From NCBI GenBank assembly GCA_000165345.1, contig CM000430.1:160001-224000 (forward strand): a stretch of 64,000 nucleotides of DNA, written 5' to 3'. Under the pieces are notes generated by a model. That model had not been told where the DNA came from. It did no database searches and worked only from the letters and a program-made list of their open reading frames with translations. Below are positions 20,906 to 31,496 of this stretch, piece by piece. The position numbers were made by a program, and so were the translations under genes. Each line of letters opens with the position of its first letter. Within the stretch, counting starts at the first letter, position 1.

Positions 20906-23900
20906 ATGAGTGCTACTCAGGGAAAAGCAGAATATGGAAAAAAGAGAGTGAGTACTATTATTAAGGCTTTGGCATGGATTGCAATAGTGTGTCTAGTTAA
21001 AAATGCAAGCTCAGAGGGATTATCTGGAGAGAAAAGGCATATTTCTAAGGACTATTGTAGAGCAGTCCCATTAGATGGATTTGCAGATTTTGCTGAATGC
21101 GCACCTCCAAGCAATGAAGCAGAATACACTATTGAAGTGGTCCCAGTGGTCGCATCTGGAATCGATTTAAGAAGTGAGGTAGATATAGTTTTATATGGAG
21201 GTGATGATACACAGACATCCCCAATTCCAATTTCATCGTCAATAACAGGTACTGTTAGATCTTTAAGTACAAAACAATTGGATATTGGAGCTCCACAGCA
21301 AGTCGGAATATTCTTAAAGAGTAATACAAGGTGGAAGTGTTTAAAGATTACTGTTGTTAAAGATTATAGATATTGGGTATTCTCATGTAATGGAGAACTT
21401 ACTCCTCAACACCGTTCATTGACTTATGGAGTTACTGGAAATAAATTATATACTGCAAGCATTATGACAGGAAAGAGTGGTGAAGCAGGAACAAAAGGTG
21501 GAGTAGAAATTAGCATTTCAGGAGAAGCTGGTCAAAGTGATAAGATTTTACTCAAACAAGGATTTTACTCTTCAACTTTGAGGAGGATGCTTTTCAGAGC
21601 TGCAGATGTTGGAAAGATTAAGGAAATTAGTTTAACAAATACAGCTTTAGATGATCCGTGGTACTGTGAGTATGTTAGAATTCAGTCTGAGGATGGTGAA
21701 AGTATCGACTTTACCGTTAGAAGATGGATTGGAAGGCCATTCTCTCAGATGGTAACACTAACAAACAGTATATCTGGGTCAGAAAACTCTCCTGCTCAAG
21801 ATATTGACTGCAATACCAGAGCAATTGATATTGTCCCAAGAGCTCCAGTTACTACAATTACTTTCAAAGTCAAATGCCCAGTAAATTGTGGTTCAGAAAA
21901 GTTTGCAACCATTTATGGTACAGGAATTCATGCAGCTTCATCTTCAATCTGTAAATCTGCGATATTTGACAATATTCTAACTCCTTCAGGAGGAGAGTTA
22001 GTACTAACAATAGTCCCAAGTTTACCAAAATATTTTGGTGGAAAGGGTGCATACTCTATAGAATCTTCAGATTTCTTCCCAAAGCCTGGAAGTGAAATTT
22101 TTAGCTTCTATACATATTTGAGTGACTCTATTGACTTTATACAGTCTGAAGTCAGAGTCGTTGATTCTACAGGTAACTTGGCATCTTCTGGTAGGCTTGA
22201 AGTCAGAAGAAATGGTATTTGGGGAAGCGTTTCATTAAAGGGAGAATCTACTGTAACTAATGAACTTGCTGCTACACTTGCATGCAAACAATTAGGTTAC
22301 TCATTTGGATCCATTCTTCCTTCTTGCACATATGTTAATGGAGGTAACGTTTGTACTCCGAAAGGATACCCAATCTCTGTTGCTGGATTACAATGTAATG
22401 GAAATGAAATCGATATTGCTCAGTGTATGTTCGAGGAACCAAAGACTACTAATAGCATGACAACTGTTGCCATACAGTGCAGTTCAATTGCTCCAAAAGA
22501 TACGATGCATGGAGCTCTCAGAATTGTTGATTCCACCGGTGTACCTTCAAGAACAGGAGCAGGAAGACTACAAGTTTATATGGATGGATGGGGATCAGTA
22601 TGTAGTGATGGTTTTAATAGTGTTTCTGAAAGAGTTGCATGTACACAAATGGGATACTCTGGAGTTAAAAATGGAGGAGCTTCAACTAAAAGTTGTAAAG
22701 ACTTTGGAGGCGAAGATGTATGCGGAAGTGAACAAGAACAAATTCTTATGGTAGATGTTGCATGTAAGGGTGACGAAGAAAAGCTTGTCAACTGTCAGCA
22801 CTACTCATCAAATAATATTTACTGTGTACATGAGGAAGATGTTGTTGTAAGCTGCTCAGGATCAGGTGACCCAACAGGTAATGGTGCCTATTTATCTGAA
22901 AAGTCTCCGTCAATCCTGCCATCTATTCCATACAATAAGTACCAATTCGACTGTAATGACAGTCCTGTAAGTATTAAAGGTGCTGTAGGTACAGGTGCAA
23001 TCATTGCATGTCCATCAAAATGTTCTAAAGCATCTTCTCACATTAAGGGAAGCTATATCTACTCTGACGATACTCCTGTATGTAAGGCTGCCATTCATGC
23101 AGGTATTATCACTGATGAAGTTGGAGGAGAAGTTGTTATTACCTTTGTATCTGGTCAGAAACAGTACTTTGGAAGCTTTAACAATGGAATTCAAAGTAGA
23201 AGTATTGAAACAAGCGCCTCTAAATCAAAGATTAGAGGCTCAGATTTAGCTTCTATAAGATCCTTCACTATTTCAAAGCTTTCAGCAACAATTAACAGAA
23301 GAGAAAATGATTTCAGTCAACAAATTGTTAATGAAGAGCTTCCAGCTATTTCTCCCCCAGTATTATCATGGGTCTGCCCAACAGACTATCCTGGATTCAG
23401 AGGTGGAAAGAATGACTTTATTGATGCCACTAACTTACCAGGAGGTGATAGAATCAGCTCTCTAGATGATTTTACTATCTCTGCTAGAGTTCTCATTACT
23501 GGTGGACAAGGTACCTGGAGAACTATTATGGCACATACTGAATGCTTGGGTATATCATTATACATTGATAGAGACAACACTATTCATTTTGATCAATTAT
23601 GTAATTCTGATACTGTCTCAACTTCATATGCACCAGCTATTAACGAATGGTTATTCTTAACTGTTGCATACAACTTTAATGAAAAGAGAGTTGTAATGTA
23701 TATAAATGGTAACGAAGTTGCTAATAAGGTAACAGGTTTTGTTTTCAATCTCAAGACTAAGCTAATAATTGGAAGAAGTTCAGATTCTGACAGTGAATAC
23801 TTCTTGGGCCAAATTTCTAATGTTAATATATGGGATAAATTCTTCACTCCAAGTGAGGTCAAATCTGCTATGGAGAAATCTTGGCATCAAAAAGGAATAT

Positions 23901-24649
23901 CTGGTGGTGGAGAGCTTAAAGGTAAAAGACATACAATTGATGGAAGACAATGTATCACTTCCTGTCAATCAGAATTCCCTGTTGCCTATAAAATGGGAGG
24001 AATTAACTATGCAACTAATCCATCCATTCAAATCAAATGCGATACTAATTTAGACAATGCAAGATTCTCATCAAAAGCCAATAAATTCAGAGTTGAATGC
24101 CCAGCTGGATGTTCAAAAAGTCGATATCCTGTTAAAGGTCATAAAGTATATTCACCAAAGAGTTCAATCTGTCAAGCCGCTATGCATATGGGCATAATAA
24201 GTGATACAGGTGGTGAATTTGTTGTTGCTCTTTATCCAGGACTTAAGCAATATACTGGGGCTGCTGGAAAAAACAATATTGTTAGTACCGATGAAAATAC
24301 TCCACAAACAAGATCATTTGTTGTTGGAGCTGCTCCAAAACCAAGACAACTTACTTGCTCTGATACTGCAAGCTTTATTTTCCAGTTACCAGTTGGTGAG
24401 AGAGAACTAGTTTCTTGCCCAAGCAACTGTGGATTAGAATCTGATGCTAAAGTCTACGGAATGGATATCTATTCTCCTATAAGTTCTATTTGCAGAGCTG
24501 CAATTCATGCTTCCAAGCTTTCTTCTGGCACTGCTGGTGAAATTCAAATTGAAGTCGGACCTGAGCAATTCCACTTTGAACAATCTAATAGAAATGGTAT
24601 TCAGTCTCAATCTACAGGGTATTATATAAGAAGCTTCAAAATAGTCTAA
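20906..24649 (+). CDS. CCp3: Secreted multidomain LCCL-domain adhesive protein (LAP/CCp family, LAP1/CCp3/PbSR-like). Order: signal peptide, PLAT/LH2, LCCL, two SRCR, LCCL, pentraxin/LamG-like, two LCCL
   Basis: Hydrophobic N-terminal signal (IIKALAWIAIVCLV). PLAT-like block (KCLKITVVKDYRYW...WYCEYVRIQSEDGESIDFTVRRWIG). Repeated LCCL signature C..C...V.G...Y...S.IC.AA.HAG (for example CPSKCSKASSHIKGSYIYSDDTPVCKAAIHAGII). SRCR modules (GRLEVRRNGIWGSV..., LRIVDSTG...GRLQVYMDGWGSVCSDGF). LamG/pentraxin-like segment at residues ~820-940. Confidence 0.8.
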   Translation: MSATQGKAEYGKKRVSTIIKALAWIAIVCLVKNASSEGLSGEKRHISKDYCRAVPLDGFADFAECAPPSNEAEYTIEVVPVVASGIDLRSEVDIVLYGGDDTQTSPIPISSSITGTVRSLSTKQLDIGAPQQVGIFLKSNTRWKCLKITVVKDYRYWVFSCNGELTPQHRSLTYGVTGNKLYTASIMTGKSGEAGTKGGVEISISGEAGQSDKILLKQGFYSSTLRRMLFRAADVGKIKEISLTNTALDDPWYCEYVRIQSEDGESIDFTVRRWIGRPFSQMVTLTNSISGSENSPAQDIDCNTRAIDIVPRAPVTTITFKVKCPVNCGSEKFATIYGTGIHAASSSICKSAIFDNILTPSGGELVLTIVPSLPKYFGGKGAYSIESSDFFPKPGSEIFSFYTYLSDSIDFIQSEVRVVDSTGNLASSGRLEVRRNGIWGSVSLKGESTVTNELAATLACKQLGYSFGSILPSCTYVNGGNVCTPKGYPISVAGLQCNGNEIDIAQCMFEEPKTTNSMTTVAIQCSSIAPKDTMHGALRIVDSTGVPSRTGAGRLQVYMDGWGSVCSDGFNSVSERVACTQMGYSGVKNGGASTKSCKDFGGEDVCGSEQEQILMVDVACKGDEEKLVNCQHYSSNNIYCVHEEDVVVSCSGSGDPTGNGAYLSEKSPSILPSIPYNKYQFDCNDSPVSIKGAVGTGAIIACPSKCSKASSHIKGSYIYSDDTPVCKAAIHAGIITDEVGGEVVITFVSGQKQYFGSFNNGIQSRSIETSASKSKIRGSDLASIRSFTISKLSATINRRENDFSQQIVNEELPAISPPVLSWVCPTDYPGFRGGKNDFIDATNLPGGDRISSLDDFTISARVLITGGQGTWRTIMAHTECLGISLYIDRDNTIHFDQLCNSDTVSTSYAPAINEWLFLTVAYNFNEKRVVMYINGNEVANKVTGFVFNLKTKLIIGRSSDSDSEYFLGQISNVNIWDKFFTPSEVKSAMEKSWHQKGISGGGELKGKRHTIDGRQCITSCQSEFPVAYKMGGINYATNPSIQIKCDTNLDNARFSSKANKFRVECPAGCSKSRYPVKGHKVYSPKSSICQAAMHMGIISDTGGEFVVALYPGLKQYTGAAGKNNIVSTDENTPQTRSFVVGAAPKPRQLTCSDTASFIFQLPVGERELVSCPSNCGLESDAKVYGMDIYSPISSICRAAIHASKLSSGTAGEIQIEVGPEQFHFEQSNRNGIQSQSTGYYIRSFKIV

Positions 24650-25454
24650 GCAACTTAATTATATAGCAACCATAATATTAAAAAAGTCAATTATTGTTAA
24701 ATAGTTTACTAATTTATTTAATAATGAATTTAATGACTTGATAATATTAAGAGAACAAAAAACATATAGAAAGAAACAAGTAAGAAAACTAAATACGCTT
24801 TTTGTCCCTAAAATTAATTATATTTTCTATTTCCATTTCTTCTTTAATTTAGTAACATTGAAATTTAATTCATAATAAGAATTTCAAAAGAAAACTAATG
24901 AATAGAAACGAGATATGTGAAGTTATGGAAACTCAATTCCTAACTAATATACTTTCCTGAGCTCCTTAATTCATTCGTAATTGTCAAATAATGGCTCCGA
25001 AAACTAGAAAGTTGCTATTCCATAATAACTTATTTAACAAATAATTAATAGTTTTTATATATAAAAATAAATTACGTGTGAAAATGAATTCATGTGGCGG
25101 TATATAATTAGATTATAAATTTTTATGTAATTGCTAATTTAGGAAAAACCAAAGCAGAAATAATTTTTTTTAGAAAAGAAAAGAGGAAAAAACAGATTCT
25201 AATACGAGGCTTATTCCAGATAACCAAATTCTATGAAAGAAGATCCAAGCAGATTTTCAAGCTAGAAATTCGAAATTACAAATAATTAATTAACAAAGTT
25301 TTGGCTATATTAAAAAAAAAGCCGAGTAGATTTTGGCAACACACACACAAATTAATTTAGTCCAAAGACCAATAAGCTCATTTTTGTATTCATGTATGCA
25401 TGCAAAATAGCGAAAACCACTTAATACACAAAAAAAAACAATATATAGTTAGGA

Positions 25455-27269
25455 ATGAGTGTTGGAACAGTTTCAACAGCATCAACCCCATCAAAATCCC
25501 ATAGATCTAGGTCTGAATCTTATCAAAAGTTAAAAGAAGAAAAAGATTTTGCAACAACATCTTTTGAAAGCGATACAGATGATGGTTTGTATAGAAAATT
25601 GATACCAAGTCTTTATGCTTACTCCTCTCTACATGGATGTATTGACCAGCTAATCCCTACAAACTACAAATTCTTAGAAAGTTCGATAGGGCTCTCACCA
25701 AAATCTTTGGGAATGCTAACTTTTGCTCAGAAATTCACACAAGGACTATTCACAATTATTAGTGGGATAATATGTGACCGACAAATAAGTGCTACTAATA
25801 AACAACTTGAGAATAACCACAAGAATTTAATTTCCCTAGAGGAAGGTGATAGAGACTCAGAATTTACTCAAGTCAGTTATAGAAATGTAGAGGATGGAAA
25901 TCAAAGTGGAAACAGGATAGAAAGGGGGAGTGAATATGGAGAGGAGGAATACGAGGCTAGAAGCCTTTCCTCCAGGTCAGAGGCTTCTGAAGAAAGCCAA
26001 CTTCTACAGTACTCGGAAGATATTAATTTCTTAAGAATTTGGCCTGCCTATTTTATGATGGTAACCACAATTGGATGGGGAATGGTAATGATTTCAATGA
26101 TATTTGCCTCAAATTTTCTCCAAATGCTTATCTTACTTTGCTTCATGGGAGCTTTTTTGTCACTCATGGGGCCGCTCACACAATCAGTCATTGGAACTTT
26201 CAACAATATTGGTAGAAGTGAGCATTTTGGAAATCTCTTTCTCTCACAAAATATTGGAAGACTATTCTGTATCTCTGCTACTGCCAATATTATGGGGCAT
26301 TACTTTGACTTCACATGGGCCCTACTTACATTTTCTTTCCTCTCCTTCTTGTTTTCTATTTTCCTATACAAGTCATGCATTGAACATGCACTCCAACAAA
26401 AAGGCGGCAAAACCCTCCATAGGAAAATTTTGTCATATACCGGCGAACATGCATATATTATCCACATAAGTATGCAAATAAGAGGAATTTTTAGTAAGTT
26501 ATCATATGGAAAGTTGAAGGAATTTGTAAATGATTATTCATATGTGATATCAAATAAAAGTGCCTGGTTGATGTTGGTGATGGGTATTGTTAATGGAATC
26601 CCAAGACACTCTTTAAATTTTACAATGATGTGGTTACAATATTGTGGGTTAAGCCCTTTATTGGCAACTACAGTATATTCCTCCAGTTGGATCTCTGCAA
26701 TTTTGATCTCTCCATTTGTAGGGAAGGCTTCTGATTATATTGAGTCCATTTATCCTTGGATTGGAAGACAAGCATTGGCTCAAACTGCTATATTATTAAG
26801 AATTATATTTATGATCATCCTATTGAGATATATTCCTTGGGGAAGTCATTATTTCTTCTACTACTTAGTGGTCAGTATTTTAATTGGTTTTATGGCAGGA
26901 TGGCCAGGAGTTGGAGCGAGCAGACCTATTCTTTGCCAAATTGTTTTGCCTCACCATAGAGCAACATTGTTTGCAATGTTTTCATTATTTGAGACCATCG
27001 GATCTGCAATCTTTGGAGCTCCTATTGTTGGTCTTTTAGCTCAAAATTATTTTGGTTATGATTCATCCCTAAAGAAGGAAATTGGAGAAATTATATCATC
27101 CAACAATCTACATGCTTTACAAACTCTTCAACTTAATGCAAATGCTCTCGCTAATTCCATGCTTATTATGACTGTTATTCCCTGGATCCTAACTATTGCT
27201 TTATTTGGGCTTTTGAGATTAACCTATAAGCAAGATCAAAATGGTAATAACCAGGCAATTCTTAGCTAA
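25455..27269 (+). CDS. Polytopic membrane transporter, MFS-like, about 12 predicted TM segments with a large hydrophilic loop
   Basis: Alternating hydrophobic helices (LFTIISGIICD, MVTTIGWGMVMISMIF, ILLCFMGAFLSLMGPL, WLMLVMGIVNGIP, ILLRIIFMIILL, VVSILIGFMAGWPGVG, LFAMFSLFETIGSAIFGAPIVGLLA, SMLIMTVIPWILTIALFGLL). No specific family signature. Confidence 0.45.
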   Translation: MSVGTVSTASTPSKSHRSRSESYQKLKEEKDFATTSFESDTDDGLYRKLIPSLYAYSSLHGCIDQLIPTNYKFLESSIGLSPKSLGMLTFAQKFTQGLFTIISGIICDRQISATNKQLENNHKNLISLEEGDRDSEFTQVSYRNVEDGNQSGNRIERGSEYGEEEYEARSLSSRSEASEESQLLQYSEDINFLRIWPAYFMMVTTIGWGMVMISMIFASNFLQMLILLCFMGAFLSLMGPLTQSVIGTFNNIGRSEHFGNLFLSQNIGRLFCISATANIMGHYFDFTWALLTFSFLSFLFSIFLYKSCIEHALQQKGGKTLHRKILSYTGEHAYIIHISMQIRGIFSKLSYGKLKEFVNDYSYVISNKSAWLMLVMGIVNGIPRHSLNFTMMWLQYCGLSPLLATTVYSSSWISAILISPFVGKASDYIESIYPWIGRQALAQTAILLRIIFMIILLRYIPWGSHYFFYYLVVSILIGFMAGWPGVGASRPILCQIVLPHHRATLFAMFSLFETIGSAIFGAPIVGLLAQNYFGYDSSLKKEIGEIISSNNLHALQTLQLNANALANSMLIMTVIPWILTIALFGLLRLTYKQDQNGNNQAILS

Positions 27270-28139
27270 ACTTTGCAATATAAGATTAAGAAAGTCCATT
27301 AGACGTTAGAATTTTAATTCGGCCTACCTTATTTTGAAGAAAGTTGTAGATAATACTTTCTCTCTAATACACTTAATAGATATTTGTAATACAAACACAA
27401 TATCTAAGCTAAATATTTACAAATGCATAAAGAAGTCTAGTTATACTAATCAACTTTTCCCTAACTTTAAATCTACTCAAAAACTCTCTACTAAATACAA
27501 TTCAATCATACAAAAAAAAACACACACAATACCTCATTCATTTTAAAAATGACTTAGTGTTATTCTGATTGTGATATTTTCATTTGTAACTAACGATTAA
27601 TATGATAATCATATACTCCATTTTATTGAATTCGATTTCTATTATAGTTTAGCGCTTTTCAACATTCAAAAGAACTTGTCAATCATTTTGAACTAATAGA
27701 AGGAATAACCACAAGCCTTAGAAATTACAGAAAGCATTGGAATAAGCTGACTCGATACCTGTAACCTTTATTGTTACATTGGATGAGTTAAAACAAGACA
27801 CATCCGATATTTACTGAGGTCATATCCTCAATGCTATAAACTCATTCCTGTACTTATTTGGACTGTTTGGTTCTTCCTCATTCTACTAATACTCTTTAGA
27901 ATGAATAAGATGATAAATATAGCAATTCTTAGCAGTAATTTGGAAGAGTAAGGAAGAAGAGGAGGAGCAATTAGATATAATATTACAAGGCATTCCAACC
28001 AATTTCTTGGCAGTTCGCTATACCTTGTTGCAATCAGCTCAGCTTTGAATAACAAAAGGTAAAATTGAGCCAAACATTTTCTTCATCTACAAATTATTGC
28101 TTTAAGATCGATGAAACATTAGAGCAACAAAAAATCCAA

Positions 28140-28589
28140 TTACTTGGAAAGCATCATCTTAGTGAACTCCTCGTACATAATCTGACCGTCACCATCAACG
28201 TCAGCTTCTCTAATCATTTCATCGACTTCTTCGTCAGATAACTTCTCACCCAAATTTGTCATTACGTGTCTCAATTCAGCTGCAGAAATAAAGCCATTGC
28301 CATCTCTATCAAATACCTTGAATGCTTCAATAAGTTCATCTTCAGTATCAGTATCCTTCATTTTTCTAGCCATAAGACTTAAAAATTCTGGGAAATCGAT
28401 TGTACCATTACCATCAGCATCAACTTCATTAATCATATCAAGCAACTCAGCTTCAGTCGGATTCTGTCCAAGAGATCTCATTACAGTTCCCAACTCCTTT
28501 GTAGTAATGCTACCATCACCATCCTTATCAAAGAGTGAGAAAGCTTCCTTGAATTCTGCAATCTGTTCTTCAGTTAATTGTTCTGCCAT
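28140..28589 (-). CDS. CAM: Calmodulin
   Basis: 149 aa with four EF-hands ([48 protein letters not shown]), about 90% identical to apicomplexan and animal calmodulin. Confidence 0.97.
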   Translation of the reverse strand: MAEQLTEEQIAEFKEAFSLFDKDGDGSITTKELGTVMRSLGQNPTEAELLDMINEVDADGNGTIDFPEFLSLMARKMKDTDTEDELIEAFKVFDRDGNGFISAAELRHVMTNLGEKLSDEEVDEMIREADVDGDGQIMYEEFTKMMLSK

Positions 28590-28931
28590 TTTCTAGATTC
28601 TCTTAGATTACAGTAAAATAATAGGAATATAAATATAACAAAAAGATTTCAATACCAAATAGTACCTATTTATTTGCAGAAATATAACTCTTGGCTTTCA
28701 AAAAAAAGATTAAAGAGTTTATTACTTCAAATATTAAATTATCTATGTATATGAAATTGGAGTATTATATATTTCCAAAAAAAATAATAATAAATTTTAG
28801 GGAAAAATTTATTATTTACATATATATTATTTTCTTGGATTTTATTAATTTATTAATTCTTTAATTGGGTTCTTATATACATGAATTAGTAATTATGGAT
28901 AGGTGTGTGAATCACGTCTTGTCCCCGCAAA

Positions 28932-28945
28932 TTTTAGGCGGGGGG
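28932..28945. promoter_or_regulatory. E2F-like TTTTAGGCGGGGGG upstream of calmodulin
   Basis: sequence. Confidence 0.4.
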
Positions 28946-29464
28946 TCGTGCAGGTTGAGAAATCTATACCTTGGAAAAATTAAATATATAAAAAATATGC
29001 TTGAACAATAATGCTTGATGAAGATTCAATTACATCTCCCAACTTGGAATATTTAGCAAAAAACAAAAAAGGAACATTTAGTCGAATCAGCCTCTCAAGT
29101 ATCTCAGAACTACGGTAAAGAACAAGAAATGCGAGAAAATACGTTAAAAATACTTAAATATTCGTTATCTCTAATGGTAGCCATTAATAGAAATTTAAAT
29201 GTCAAAATAGCACTTTTTTTGAACTAGGAATACGCTAGCTACTATTTAAACTAGTTAGATTAAAATTATTCCCGGTAGAGGTGAGTTTGAACGTGTTATA
29301 AAAGAATAATGATAGGGTGGTGATCGTCGTATTAATCTATGAAGTTTTGAAATAGCTTCATGAACGAAGTATTGCACATAGGAGCTTCTCCTAATGTATC
29401 CCCAAGAAAAAAAAAAGTTAATATGACTCAGACCTTGTGAAAATTGAGTGGTTCCTGAAAAGTC

Positions 29465-29803
29465 TCAAGCTCCGTGTATCTTTATTTCGTCAGAATTAAC
29501 AATATTCTCTCCAACTAGGAACCTAGCTACGTTGTGTCGATGATCTCCCTGAATTTGAAGAATTGGTCCATGCTCTGGGTCATCAATTATTGTTCCATTA
29601 CAGCTGAAGTTTTTCTTGAAAGCTTTTAATAACCTTTTTAAGTCAAACTCAGCGCTGAGTCCCTGTACAGTTGTTAAACTCTTCTTGCCATTACGTTGTT
29701 GGTTTCTTATGTGAACGTAGCCAGAGGAGCTCTTTCCAACTTCTGATAGTGCGTCTACGACAAACGGTGTGGGAATTCCAACCGTATCTGAAGATGAGGC
29801 CAT
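29465..29803 (-). CDS. SUI1: Translation initiation factor eIF1 (SUI1)
   Basis: 112 aa. YVHIRNQQRNGKKSLTTVQGL...FSCNGTIIDDPEHGPILQIQGDHR is the SUI1 family core. Confidence 0.93.
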   Translation of the reverse strand: MASSSDTVGIPTPFVVDALSEVGKSSSGYVHIRNQQRNGKKSLTTVQGLSAEFDLKRLLKAFKKNFSCNGTIIDDPEHGPILQIQGDHRHNVARFLVGENIVNSDEIKIHGA

Positions 29804-29913
29804 ACAATTAAACTTGAACTTTTAAGCAAAAATTGCCTTGCAATAATTATTTATCCATTTAAAAGGATAAAAAAAGGAGACGCGGCCATTTATACCGCCA
29901 AGTAATATTTTGA

Positions 29914-29927
29914 GGGCTGGCGCCCGC
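29914..29927. promoter_or_regulatory. GGCGCC-containing GC box (GGGCTGGCGCCCGC) about 115 bp upstream of eIF1
   Basis: sequence. Confidence 0.45.
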
Positions 29928-30561
29928 AATATAAACTTTCCAAGTAATGTCTACTATAATAATATCCTTTAAGATAAGTTTTGGGTGGGGTGTGTCGAGG
30001 GGGGAAGATATGTGCGTAAAAAAGTAAGAAACAGTACAAAATTTAAATATAATAATATTGGTATTAATCATTTTATTTTCGTAACTACTCTGAGCAAATA
30101 ATTGCCACTGTCAAATTTTTGTATAAATATCAATTTACTGCCTCCCAACTTTTTTCTTTTATTTCTGATAGTTGGCGCTGCCGACGTTTTAACTTAATAG
30201 CTAGGCATTAAATTAAATTAAATTTTGAAATATATTCAAGGAATGTTTGAAAGAATTCCCTTTCATTGTGTTTAACATAATTTTTTTATTGCTACAATCG
30301 TGTGGCTTGTATTTGAGCACCCCAAAATCTTACCTATTCAAGGGATTCCCTGTCATTTTAAGAACACTGGCCTCTGCAGTTTTTTTTAGCAGATTCATGA
30401 TTGTATATAAAGATAGTAATAGGTAAGAGTAGATATATCGTTACTATTATAAAGTTTGCTCGACTGTTTAACTTTGATTTGTACTACTCTTTGTCCGGTT
30501 AGAAATCTTTTTTCCTAAATACGATAATTTATTGGTTTTGCATCGAAAATTATAGTAAGGA

Positions 30562-31242
30562 CTAAACCATATTTTGAGCATTACTCATAATTGTCTTAAC
30601 TGCAATATTAGTAATCCAATCCTTTTGAATATTTCTGGACGAACGAATACACTTTGTATATCCAATTAAGTTTGAGAATGAAAGTGTAATAGCTATTACT
30701 GAAAGTGAAATCCACTGAAATTTCAGTGAAAGAAATTGAAATACTATAATAACAACCCAAAGTAAAGCCCATCCATATGTTGTAACCCAAAAGACTGATT
30801 TGTCAGTGCTTGATGAAACATTGGTATTTGTATTTTTAGATTCATTACAATTTTCAAACATCCAAACGGTCTCCCCGTCCTTAGTAATCTCATACCACCA
30901 TCTCATTCCAACCAAAATTCTTCCTGTCACATTCTTTACAGTCCAGAAATCCAAAGAAAGTAATATAGATGTAAGGAAAAATGTCAAAATAAAGCTATTA
31001 TTAGAAAAAAATCTGAAAAAAAATGGTCCAAAAATAAAAGATAAAAATGCTAGAACCTTAAATAGAACTTGGAAAAGACAAATCGTAGGATGAGTTGCGG
31101 AATTTAGTATGCTTGCCATAATTGGTGCTCCTGCTACATCTTCATTCATCATTGCATTCTTATGATTAACGTTATTTAGCTGATTCATGCCAGCTGGATT
31201 AGACAGGCTACTTTGCCCCACAAACTCCAACTCCATATTCAT
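30562..31242 (-). CDS. TVP23: Golgi apparatus membrane protein TVP23 (FAM18/DUF846)
   Basis: Four TM helices plus the diagnostic LDFWTVKNVTGRILVGMRWW motif. Confidence 0.75.
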   Translation of the reverse strand: MNMELEFVGQSSLSNPAGMNQLNNVNHKNAMMNEDVAGAPIMASILNSATHPTICLFQVLFKVLAFLSFIFGPFFFRFFSNNSFILTFFLTSILLSLDFWTVKNVTGRILVGMRWWYEITKDGETVWMFENCNESKNTNTNVSSSTDKSVFWVTTYGWALLWVVIIVFQFLSLKFQWISLSVIAITLSFSNLIGYTKCIRSSRNIQKDWITNIAVKTIMSNAQNMV

Positions 31243-31329
31243 ATGCCAGTCCTGTTATAAACATATATTTACTTTGCTTCCTTAATTATCACTTTTTATT
31301 CTTTCAGCTTTAAGTAATATGGACAGCCA

Positions 31330-31347
31330 TTCCCCGCCAAAAGTTCA
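31330..31347. promoter_or_regulatory. E2F-like TTCCCCGCCAAAAGTTCA in the divergent TVP23/PIG-P promoter
   Basis: Shares the 15-mer CCCGCCAAAAGTTCA with the site at 10326. Confidence 0.5.
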
Positions 31348-31496
31348 TGTATTATTTTCAAGCCAAATTTTCTTATAAACCTAAATCAAAAAAACTAAAA
31401 TAAGAGAATGTAATAGCATTTAATTTGATTGATTTCATATTAATTCCAAAAGGGGTATAATCAACTCATTTAAATTATAAGATCAGCTTTGAAAGT

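Noticed and set aside
27834-28073. 79-aa hydrophobic ORF (plus a 70-aa plus-strand ORF at 27334) in the 870-bp convergent spacer between the MFS-like gene and calmodulin
   Set aside because: No promoter motif, no homology, and AT-rich codon usage indistinguishable from the background. It may be the 3' UTRs of the flanking genes
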